Assembly: GCA_023231475.1 (NCBI GenBank)
Contig: JALJEE010001081.1
Coordinates: forward strand, 1-64,000
Length of the DNA: 64,000 nt
Direction: 5' to 3'
From: Seison nebaliae
Taxonomy: Eukaryota
Position numbers and translations under genes: made by a program. A model generated the notes under the pieces. It saw only the letters and a list, made by a program, of their open reading frames with translations. It was not told the DNA's origin and searched no databases. This document shows, one piece after another, positions 1 to 11,380 of the stretch (positions are counted from its first letter, which is position 1; the number at the start of each line of letters is the position of its first letter).

Positions 1-759
1 ATTTTGCTCAATTGAGGAAAAATTTTTTAAAAGAGTGCCCTAGTTATTTTAATCATACCTAATTTTTTTCAACTTTTTCAAAGTAGAAGCTGAACAACAA
101 TGTTGATTGTTGGAAGTTATCGTATTGTGGGAAGTAATTTATCATGGATGTTAAAGAAATAATAAAATTAATAACCAAAATTTTATTTAAAACAAAAAAT
201 TAGTATCAATCCATCCTGTTCAATCTCATTTTGATTTGTTAATTTGGAATATGCATAAAAACGACTAATAGAGCGATCAACTTCCAAATCTTCCGATTTT
301 CCTTTTTGCAATTCTAATTTTTCGGTATCTGTTAAACTTCCAAAATTTTTTTTACATTTTCTGGAGCTAAGATGCCTTTTCATATAAAATCAATATATAT
401 AAATAACTAAATTATAATGAACCGTTGAATATTAAAGGATTTTGGATTTTGTAATACGATTCCACAAATCGTACATTCATAAAGTTTTTTCCCATTTGAA
501 TTTGTAGGTGTGTTCATTTTTTCCTTGAGGAAAGACTCATTTATAGTATGAGAGTTCGTTCCAGTCATTTTTCATTGAATTATTTATAATTGTAATTATT
601 TACAAAGAAAGTAAGTGAGCTATAAATTTAAAAAAAGAAAATTTAGCATCTGTGTTATTATATCCTAATTATTGTTTCTGTTTTTATTTTTCACCATTCA
701 CTTTTTTTGCTCAATTGAGCCAATTCAAGTATAGTACGGAGCGTCGCAGTGAATGCCTG
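1..759 (-). mobile_element. Decayed hAT-superfamily (Buster/Charlie-like) DNA transposon, one end inside the window
   Basis: On the minus strand the element begins CAGGCATTCACTGCGACG at 759 (hAT TIRs usually start CAG/TAG). The flanking 8-mer ATTTAGAT (760-767) fits the nnnTAnnn Buster-type TSD. The motif TTTTGCTCAATTGAG occurs at 2-16 and about 705-719. It encloses a zinc-finger transposase-like N-terminus. The other end lies outside the window. Confidence 0.5.
183..568 (-). pseudogene. Truncated hAT transposase N-terminus (BED-like zinc finger), one intact intron at 376-422
   Basis: The spliced frame reads MTGTNSH...KLYECTICGIVLQNPKSFNIQR|HLSSRKC...VDRSISRFYAYSKL...IEQDG, resembling the CxxC...KxxNIxRH finger and the following helix of hAT transposases. 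The 47-nt GTTCAT...AAAAG intron keeps the frame. No DDE core follows. Confidence 0.5.
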
Positions 760-1158
760 ATTTAGATGATTCAGATCAAATAAAGATTAATGAAAATCAT
801 TTATTGAGAAATAAAATATGAAAAAAAATAATAAAAAATATTCCATTTAATATAAATTCAAAGTTTAATTGACACTGTTATCAATTTAATTTTATTAAAA
901 TATTATTTTATTTTTCAATCCCGTATGCGACATTTATGTCGTGACAATTTCAATATTTTCAATTTCATAATTTAATCTAATTTCTTATTAAAAAAATATT
1001 TCTGACTAACAAAAATTATTGTAATTGATGATGAAAAGATAAGTAGAATATTTCAAATTAAAAATTGAAAGAAAGTTCTTGTGTGATAAGAAGAAGAACG
1101 ATGATTTATTCAATAATAGAAACAGTTGAAAATAGTTCGATTTAATATATTTCCAATA

Positions 1159-3248
1159 TCAATTCTTCGTTGCTTCTAATATTTTTAATTGTTCCAATTC
1201 GATTTGACGTTCACAATTCTCAATTTGTTCATTGAGTGATGCCAAATCTAAACGTGCCGAAGTCAATTTATCTGCCTGTTTCTTTATATCATCTTTAGTG
1301 ACCATATAATTTCGAATAAGTGGTTGATCACGACGAAACTCTTCGAATTTGAAGTCGTGTTTTTGACCTATCGGAACGGGGAAACTTTCCAAATCCTCCG
1401 TCGTATCTTGACTCACCATCAATCGATTCATTTGTTGTTCGATCGTATTACACAAACTGATTCGTAGAAGATCGTTATTCAAATTGAGAACTGACGACTC
1501 GTCGACTGAGAAGGAAAATTTGAAAAAAAAAAAGAATAATAAATTTAACTTGATAATCCGATTGGTAATGAGACATCATTGGAAACATCTAATCGTTTCT
1601 CCCATAAAGCTTGTATCGGTTTCCCTCGTTTCTTTCGAATAATACTCAAAATTTCATTAGCTAAATCATTACAAGAACCATTCGTTTTATTCAACTGCGA
1701 ATTCTCCAATGCTGACACATAAGAAGCGAGATATCTATATGTCAAAATATCATCCAATTGTCGAACTTGGGAACATTTCCTGGTTGATTTGATTTGATCA
1801 CCATCCTCGACAAAACTCTCCGAATAAGTTTCACTCATTTCATCATCGGTTAACGTTCCCATTTGACTATCACTTTCTTCATTTTCTGATGGTGTCACTT
1901 CGTCTCGATTTTCTTTATTTGATTTATGTTTTTTTTTCAAACGTTTTTTATATTTCTTGTCTCCATTTTGAGATCTGATTTCAGATTCGGATTCGGTTGT
2001 CTCTCCATCTCTTTTCTTCATAAATGATCGTTTTCGACGAGAAATCTCTTTTAATTCCGGAAACATATTCCCCAATAATTGACGGATTTGTTCTTCTCTT
2101 TCAATTTTCTCTCGATCCAATTTCGCTTGATGAATATCTTTCAAACGACTACTTGTACGACGACCATTGTCCAAAGTCATTTCATGTGTGATGATTTCGT
2201 TGGCAAGTGAGAAAACGGTCGGCTCAATACTCGGATCTTTTAACGACGATAAATAATCATAATCGATGAAATTATGTGCCAGACTTCTCATGATTGTGAT
2301 TGGAGTGCTCGGCAAATTGATCGATATTCGATTTGCTATTTTCTTCTCATCCGTCACATTTGGAATTGATGGAATAATGGAATTAGTAGTTTGTGATTTT
2401 GTTTGTTTTTGTTGAAGACGAATAAACAATTCTCGATCAGTTCGACCCGTTTGAAAATCCCATGTCTCCAAATTTAATTTACAACCGAAAAATTCTTCCA
2501 AATCTTTTTTTTTTGAAAAAATTTTTCCATCCGGAGACTCATAATGTCGACGGGAACGATGACAGATGGCTGACGAGTTATCATAAATGTCAACGGCCTT
2601 CCAGTCTTTGGGAAGAAGATGAATTCCATGATTATTCTGGGGAATTATTATGGCTCTCTTATTCTCCGCTTGATTTCCGTTCACATTCGATTTAACATCT
2701 ATTTTCTGTGTTAAAGACTGTTGTTGTTGTTGTTGTTGAGATAGAGATTGGACAGTTGGATTTGGACGACGTCTTTTCTTATATTCCTCCACTAATTTCT
2801 CGTAGATTTGAGAGTTTTGTACAAATAAATTTTCACTCGGAATTGCTCCTAAAACGAGTCGTCGTTTATTTTTCGCGTCATACGCATAATCCGTTTCACG
2901 GAAATGTAGAGAACAAATAAATTCTTCGTTACTAAATGCATTCTTTCGATTCAACGACGATAACCAGCGTCGATTGAATTCTGGCGGTTCTGGCGGTTTA
3001 TGTAACGTCATTCCTGGTTTCAAATTCTTCTCATTGGTCAAACATCCGGGAACCGCACAAATCGCTTTCGTTTGACGAATCTTCTCATTTCCATTCTGAG
3101 ATATGGCATTGTTCATATTATTCTTCTGATTCGAACGAATGACAGATGTCAAATTATTATTGTTCGTTAACATGTCAATGAAATTCTTATTTCCCGCCAA
3201 TAATTTGATGATGTCCGCCATTTGACTATTAGTCGCCGCTTCGCCCAT
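1159..3248 (-). CDS. MBD2/3: MBD2/3 (NuRD subunit) with an N-terminal THAP zinc finger; intron 1506-1549; possible extra in-frame 5' exon 3308-3369 via intron 3250-3307
   Basis: THAP C2CH motif CAVPGC...RRW...ICSLHF...GAIPS. MBD fold LPKDWK...YESPDGKIFSKKKDL...WDFQTG. MBD2/3 C-terminal signatures KPIQALWEKRL (human QPRQLFWEKRL) and the coiled coil PLIRNYMVTKDDIKKQADKLTSARLDL (human PLCKAFIVTDEDIRKQEERVQQVRKKL). The splice joins ORFs 1545-3248 and 1159-1482 in frame. Confidence 0.85.
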
Positions 3249-3731
3249 TCTACAAGAATCCTTTCACTCGAAAATCGAATAATATTTAGGAAATGGGCAC
3301 TCCAAACTTATTTGATGTCTTCAAAATTATTCTCAGATCAAAGCTCAAAATTTCAATTTTTTCTTTCATTTTTCTTTCATTCTCTTACTATCTCATCATT
3401 GAATTCGATCGTCCCGAAAAAGATTTTCGTTCTTATATGATGGATATTTGAAGTTGGTGGAAATATGATTCCAAGACATGAACAACATTTCAAATTCCAA
3501 TGGAATAGGAAGAAAAAGAAAAATTTTTAAAAATAAAAAAATTTTAAGTTTCTCTAATTTCCGTTAAGTATCACGTAAAATAATCAGGAAATTGTTACAA
3601 ACATGAAAAATTAAGATTTTTAAACAAAAATTATTCAATTGAGAAATTGATGAATAAATAATTTATTAATTAAATTCTCTAAAAGTTTAAGAAAGAAACT
3701 GATAAAAAAAATTTAGATTATATAGAGTGAA

Positions 3732-3742
3732 TGAGATCATTG
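3732..3742 (-). promoter_or_regulatory. Candidate bantam-family miRNA target site in the GPCR 3' UTR
   Basis: The mRNA-sense sequence CAATGATCTCA is complementary to the bantam 5' end UGAGAUCAUUG. It lies between the stop (3810) and an AATAAA (plus-strand TTTATT at 3662-3667). Confidence 0.4.
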
Positions 3743-3809
3743 ATAGATAAATAATAAATTTGACATTATGGTAAAATTGTTGAGTGTGTTATTGATGAAT
3801 TTATCAGTT

Positions 3810-6800
3810 CTAATCTTCCAGCGAATAGTTGTGTGGCGGCCAATTGTTTTTGACGATGTCACTCGATTTGTTTTGAGCTACACGTTTCCCACCGTTCACT
3901 AGTGGCATATAAAATGTTTCGATTTTCTTCTCGTCCAAAGGCAGTTCTTGTATGTGTTTGGAGGATGAGGAGAGACTTTCCGCTATTTTCTGCTCGTCCA
4001 CATTTGGTGAGATGTCATCGGAACTTGTGTCATTTCTCGATCTTCCTTTGTGGTAATCGGTGATTATTGTTGGTTGAATTTTGATGTGATCACTATCGTC
4101 TTCTTCGTCATCTTCAGTGAGGAGATTATGATAATTATAATTTGATTCGTCGAAATATTCGGACAAAGTTTGAGTCATTTGATTATGAAATTCAGGTTGA
4201 ATTTCGTTTGATTGGAATGAATTCTCTTTGATTAAATCAGCACTTAAAGATTTCCTTAATGATTCTTTAATTGATTCGATCGAATTGGAATGAATTAATT
4301 CTAACGATTCTCTTTCGTCATCAATTGATGGTTTTTGATCAGACTTATTCGTGTCCAATAAATTGATGGGGGAAGTGATATCATTCTTGATATTGACTAC
4401 TAGATGAGCGATAAATGGATAAGAAATTCCGGTTGGTGATTTATTTTTACTTCCGATAATTGATGGTAAATTACTTCCGGTGAGTGATGGAGTTCCCATA
4501 TTAAATCGATTATGAGTAATACTTTTCCTTAAACGTTCTTTTATACATTTCTTATTTGGATGAAGTAATTCGTAATCGTTCGTTCCGGAGAAATCGAGAG
4601 AAACTATTGAATTGTCATTAATTGATAAAATATCTTTTACATCATCTTCACCATCTTCGAAATCGTTCGGCTTTTTCCATCGAAACGGAATTATCGGTTT
4701 TTTTGTTATTTTTGGCGTGAGAACTGATGACTTTTCTACTTCATCAAATTGATAACGAATTTGACGGAATGATGATGGATGTTGTTGATGATGAGTTGCC
4801 AATTGATCGAAACGAACATTCCGTTTTATACAATTATTCATATCGATATTGAAACTACTATTTTTCTTTACACTCTCTCGTCCCATCTTACCACCATGAT
4901 GGATACAATTTATTTGAACGTTATTCATATCTAATTGAGTGACGGAAGAATGTCGATCATTTGCACATTCTCGTTTCACTTTTTCAATTTCTTTAGCGGC
5001 GAGTAATTCTCGTTGGAGATTAGCCATCAATTCGGCCGCAGCAACTGCATCTCCACAACCGTCACAGAAACAACAGAGAAGATTCCTGATAATTTTCATG
5101 ACACTACGACGGAATTGAAGAGAGAATGCATAATAAATAAATACTTTGATAACATAATTCATTAAGTAAAGTAATTCGGTGAATTGTCTCAATGGCAATA
5201 AACTGTACAATAAATGAGATCGAGTTTTTTGAATTTCAAAGATGGAATTAGCTTGTTGTTTCTGATAGAATTGTTGTTTCCGATACAATTGTCGATTTAC
5301 AGTGAATAGAATTTTTTTCACACATTCGATCGGAAAACTCTCGTGGAAAAAAAGTGAGACATTTTTCAATTGTAATAATGGCAGAGGAGAACCGGACGAA
5401 TGGATTTGCGTCCATGACCACAAGTGATAGATGTACATGTTCAACGTCGAATGATAGATCGATGGACTGGATTGACAAGGTCGATCAATTTGCATTCGAT
5501 CTAGTTTAATGTTCGGCTCACTGGATGATGGGCCGATTGTGGAGGGCGAGTGTGGCGTCGTCATTTCAATGTACCATGCACTGGGATTTCTCTCGTTCAA
5601 TTTCCGATAAACTTTTTTCAAATTTCTTTCTTTCATAACGATAATTTTATCGTTCAATAATTTCGAAATATTCAATGAGGGTAAATGGAATTTGGGATTG
5701 AATCGATTTGAAATCATTAATTGTTGAATGCGTTCAAATTCCTGTTTGCGTAGATAATCCTTTAGATTGTCCAAACCGATTAACGATTCATAATTCATAT
5801 TCTCAATCTCTCCTCGAAGTTGTTGAATGAAATGCAATTTCTTCTCAATCAATTCTAACCATTCGCCACTCGTTTGTAGTTTGGCCGATGTGGAATATAA
5901 TCGAATACTCGCCGAATATGTTGCCACCCAAGTAGAGCAATAAGGGATGTTTAATAATGCGAACCAGATCGCCACCATCACTAATAACCAAGTAACACGT
6001 CGACGACTCTTCGACATCGATGAGGCCGTGGTGGTGGTTTGTTGTACATTCAATTTATGTGGATACATAATACTTCCTCGATGAGAATCAGTTTTACGTT
6101 GTGACAACCCGTCCACACTACTCCCGCCCACACCTTGTCCATCATTTGTCACATTCAATTCCAGTTCTATTCGTTCTTTCTGTCGTTTCGACCGGTAACG
6201 AACGGAGATGTTCGAGAAAGTTTGCTTTATTGTTTTCGCCTTCTTGTCTTTTTTTACACATTTCCGCCCACTCCCATCACCACTGTCTGCCTGATTGACG
6301 GTGAGTGATGATGATGGGACTTGTTTACAATCGACGTCGGAACTCTCGTCGTAGCCGAGCCAAAGTCCACCGCTATCAATCAGTGGTTCACTGTTTCGAT
6401 TATCATCATTATTCTTTGAACTTTTGTCTCGTGCACTTCGAACGAAAATGGATGATCGATTCAAATAACTTAATCGATTTCTCATCGTCTGTTGGAATTT
6501 TTGATATGGTTTCTTCTTGACTAATTTGAATAAATTAAATTAATAAATAATTAATTAACTAAATTAAAAAATAATAAAATTAAAGTAAGTAAACCTGCTT
6601 GTTTTTGTTTAGATTTGAAAAATTTACCAAAACGTCTCGACGCCACAATCAGTTTACTGATGATGACGGTATTAGTAATGAAAACGATGAGTATGGGAAT
6701 GAGTTGACATAACGCCACATACGTAACGGTAATGGGCAAATTGTAATATTGGAATTGTGGTAGAATATCGCACGTCGATTTTTTTATTCCATTGATAAAT

Positions 6801-7687
6801 AAATTATATAGACAAATAATCAGACTACAAAGTAATGTGCAGAAAACGGCGAAAATGGCGGCTCGTTTGGAACGCGATTCACTCACCGGCAAACAACATT
6901 GTGCAACGAATGTGCCAATTCGACGTCTCAATCTGATTTGTTTGAAATGTTGAAATTTCCTTCTTATTTTTTCAAAGAAACTCATCGTACTATTATTTTC
7001 ATTTTCAAATTGATCATCGATCGTATGTGTTTGTGACGCCGCACGAACTGATGATGATGGAACTAACATGGTCAATAATCGCTCGACGGACGAACTAACA
7101 ACAATCCATGCACTGCCCAGTCGAAATGCTCCTTTTAGAAAACATACGATACGACACCAAACTTCCGAATTATCCACCACATTTAATGGAAATGTTTCAT
7201 AATTGAAATAGGATTGAATTAATCTTGGAACACTATCCACACCATGAACTAGGAGAACAGTAGCGTCGACGAAAGCCATTGCAGCTAAATAGACATTCGC
7301 TGCTGCGGACGATGTTGACGAAGGATTATGAATTGCTGATGTGACGACAACATCGTCATGAATCTCGTTATTTTTCGTATTAACTAATAAACCGTCGGGG
7401 AAAGCGTAAATACGGAAAACGATGAGATTTACAAAGACGCCAAAAATGACAATGCTGATGGTGGCGACGATTCGTATGAGAGCGATGAGTCGCATGTTGG
7501 CCGTTTGATCGTGGGCCGATTGTGTTGAGTCGGTGTCATTTTCATTTGCGAACGACGAAGAGAATGGGGAGAATGTTTCGTTCAGATCGTTGGAGATGAA
7601 AGGAATGGTGGTAGTGACATCCTTCAACGTCCATCCGTTGACGTAATTGATGGTATAGAGTAAGATGATGTGAATGTTAAGAGACAT
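3810..7687 (-). CDS. Rhodopsin-family neuropeptide-type GPCR (FMRFamide/sex-peptide-receptor-like), about 1267 aa, intron 6521-6594
   Basis: Signal-peptide-like N-terminus. TM1 IFGVFVNLIV, TM2 NVYLAAMAFVD, TM3 WCRIV...SVERLL, TM5 LCQLIPILIVFITNTVI, TM6 RVTWLLVMVAIWFALLNIPY, TM7 LYLMNYVIKVFIYYAFSLQFR. The GTTTAC...TTAG intron joins the two ORFs in frame. Confidence 0.85.
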
Positions 7688-10600
7688 GGTTGGGAGAAGT
7701 TGAGGAATTCATAGAGAATATGTGGGACTAGTAGACGAGAATAGCATCGTCGAATTGATCAACCAACTTCTTTTGGAGATTTCGGGAAAGAAATCTGAAT
7801 GGCGAAATAATTGGATGAATATTTTCTTCTATATCTCATTTATCATTCGAGAAATCGAGTGAAAGGGAATGAATGTCAGACGCATTAATATTCACCTAAA
7901 TTCTCATCTGCGAAAATGTGGAGATCATGTTTGGCATGAAATAAAAATCGGGAAAAGAAATTATTAATGAGATGAAAATAAATATAATCGACTACAATCT
8001 CTTAATTCCGCTTCCATCATTCCAGATAACTTCTTTCCATTTCCCCTCCGAAAATCCAACTGCTAATCATTTTATTTACCGCTCTCTATAATTGGGAGGG
8101 ATGTCTATTCATTTCCTCTCTATCATTCATCAGTCAGATAATCTTGGAGACATGTTACATTTATCAATTATGAATTCCATTCCGATAAGAGAATGAGATG
8201 TGTGCGAAGATAATGATCAACCATTTACATGACATGATATTGATGAGGAGAAGATGAGAGCGATTATTTGCACAACATTCGATTAGCAGTAAATCTTAAT
8301 GAAATTAAACCGTTATTTACTACTCATGAATTCGGAGGGAGAGAATGTTTGAGGAGAGAAAACATAGAAAATCTTATCCTCTCACTGCACAATGACACCT
8401 AGTATTGCACCGAATATTATTCTCTGGTGTCAGTTGAGATGAGCATATATTTCCCCAATTTCCTTCCTAATGTCGACGAGAGTGGCATAATGGAAAAAAC
8501 GGAAAGCTGCATGGAAGAGAATATGGAGGAAGGTGAAACGTTATTCATAATATAAGGCTTTCATTATTCTCGACCCATTTGAATAGGAGTTGCTGTTAGG
8601 AGAGAATTGGAGAAAGGAAAATGGAATATTAGAAGAAGATTCTTTATCGCGACGAAGTTATTGATTTTCTAGAGAAACACTTCTTCCTCGGTTCAAGAGA
8701 GATGGTGATGAGAATGAATGGGGAAAATGGCTATTACATCCTGTCCCACCCCAACTCTATTACGGAATGGAGAGGAAGAAATAATGAGATGACGGAAGAG
8801 ATGATTGAGACAATGAGGGTAACAGTAAAATTACTAATTAATGTTAATCAACATTCTCTATGTGACATTTGGAGGAATGATGAATATCGAAAATCTTTTT
8901 CTTTTAAATCGCTTTCCATTTCTTCTCGTCTACCTGAACGACTTGGAGATAAACATGTCTATCGAATACCGTCGGATGGTGAGAGACATATGAAAATGAT
9001 TTACTTCTGACTCCAAATAAATTATATTGGGAATTTTTTCGATTTATTAACATGCAGTTGAGAATGATATTAAAAGACGAAAACATTTCACACACTTCCA
9101 AAAATGACTATATTCAGGACGGAATGAGTAAGATAATTTAAATTAATACTTCCTATTCCTTTCTGAACGGTTTGAGGAAGAAATGATGAAGAAACACAGT
9201 TGGAATCAATGGAACATCATTCGATGATTGTGCAGGAATGATGTCTGGGAAATATGGTGTTCAATCTGTGGAAGAATCAGCGAAATTCAACTGGAATAAT
9301 GATCAACATTCGAAATTCGCATTTTCTGTCACATAAACAGACTCAAACGAATATGAAGAGCACGGAAAAAAATAGGTAAACTCAATTTGTAGGTCATACA
9401 ATTGGATGATTATATTACGTTTCATAATTCCCATTTATTTTCAGAATTTCTGAAATCATTGTCGTCAGTCGCCTTCGATTTATTCGAAATCGAAAAGTGA
9501 AATTGGATGATTTGAAGATCGAGTTATCACGCAACTTCGGACACGGTGCAATTGGGTGTCGTGTTGATTTATTTGGAGAGTAAACAAAAACTTCCAAACA
9601 AATTCTCCCAATTCTATTCGTCTGTCCGAATTAATAGCAATCTGAAGTTTAGTTGACAAGTATTCCAGATTTAGACTATTCGGCTCCTACCGACATCCTC
9701 AACACACTACATTGATATTTATTAGTTACGTAGTGTATCGAGGAAGAGGGGCGGGCATGGTGAGGAAGGGAAGAATGAATGTTATAAAAGAATGAGGTAC
9801 GTGTGCACTGAATTAATTCGATATGAATATTTAATGGACTAATTTATCATAATCTTCCTCCTCCGTCTTCATTTCAAATGAAGATTGAAATTAATTAAGC
9901 ACATTCCACGAATTGAACAACAATTGATAATTGTCAATTGTTGTTGTGTGTTATGCGTTGTTGAAAGTAAAAAAAGAAAAGAAAGAAGTATAGAAAAGGG
10001 GAAAGAAAAAAAGTCGGTCGAACAGAAAATTGGCAATTGAACTCAAAAAACAAGCGAATTGGATGATAGTATCGGTTGGTGGACTGTTGATATGGTGGAC
10101 GTTGATGGAGATAATTGGGAGAGACTGCTGAGACGATTTGGAAAGCCGTGAATGGTGAGGGGATGGCAGGGAAGAAATGGTGAGGAATGGGATTGGGAGA
10201 AGGAATTGCATGATAGAATATGACAAAAGTCAACTCGTTATGTACATGTAGCGGCATCGGTCTTTGGGAAGGATAAATTATTTTCGTTCAAATTCTCATT
10301 AATTTATCATTACGTATGAAAGTTTAACAGAATAATTTCATTATGTTTCTTATTAGAGGAATTAGTTTCGGGAGGAGAAAAATGGAATTCGAATAAATAA
10401 ATTAAATAAGATAATTCGTCAGTGACAGATGGAGGAAGAAATGGAAGAAAGATAACGAATAATATTATAAAGTCGTTTCTCACTAAAAACCGTCAATTCT
10501 TCATTTGCATCGCAAGTTGGTGAAAGACTCACAGATATGAGAATTGATTGTTGCATAATTAAATGCGAATGAATTTTATTGTCAGAGAAATAATTAATTT

Positions 10601-11353
10601 TTTGTTGTTTCTATTGTGAGAGTGGAAGTGGAGGGGCGGCATGGATGAATGGTGTGGAAGAGAAGCATTGAGAACGATTCCCATAGACATTCTTCGATTC
10701 TGCTCCCTTCGACATGTAACTTCAATTTTGCTTTGTGAAGATGTCGTCCATCTGTACATGAGAGCGCTGTATTCGTTACTCTTCCTGGTGCTTGACGTTG
10801 TATAATCATCTATCAATCTCCCTCGTCTCTTATCTTCTTTTGTTGCGATTCACTTCCGAATACATGTCATTACATATGTAGATACATCTGTCTCATTCGC
10901 TAAAGTGACTTGGACTTGTAATACGATTAAAGTTGTTGTAGTCAGACAGTAGTTTAGTAGTCGACAACAAATTGGAATGGTTGACGACCTACAACCAAGG
11001 ATATCATTCTCCATTTTACAGTTTCCTCCCCGAAAAAGCAAGAACGATGATACCTAACTAAATCGATGGACGTATCACATCTTTTCGTCGTCGTGATTAA
11101 TGATTTCTTCTCGAAAGTTTTCTCCCGACCATTCTTATTTGTATTTCCTTCTATACTTCCTTTCATCCTTCTTCGTTTTGAATCTGCATAAATTTCCTTT
11201 TCACTAATTTGACTGGAGAACATAAAATTTCTATAGATTTCCAATTTATCCATTCCAATCCCCCCCGACCATCCCAACTATTACAATGCAACGAATTAAT
11301 CATAATATTTCCACTATAATTATATATGTCGGACAAATATGTCTTGACGTTAA

Positions 11354-11380
11354 GCTCACTCGCTCACTCGCTCACTCACT
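11354..11380. repeat. (GCTCACTC)x3 short tandem motif; a 16-mer is shared in reverse complement with 43500-43515
   Basis: CACTCGCTCACTCACT at 11365-11380 and AGTGAGTGAGCGAGTG at 43500-43515. Confidence 0.7.

Noticed and set aside
744..758. CGCAGTGAATGCC resembles the 3' part of miR-124
   Set aside because: The seed (UAAGGCAC) is absent and there is no hairpin partner. It is better explained as a transposon terminus.
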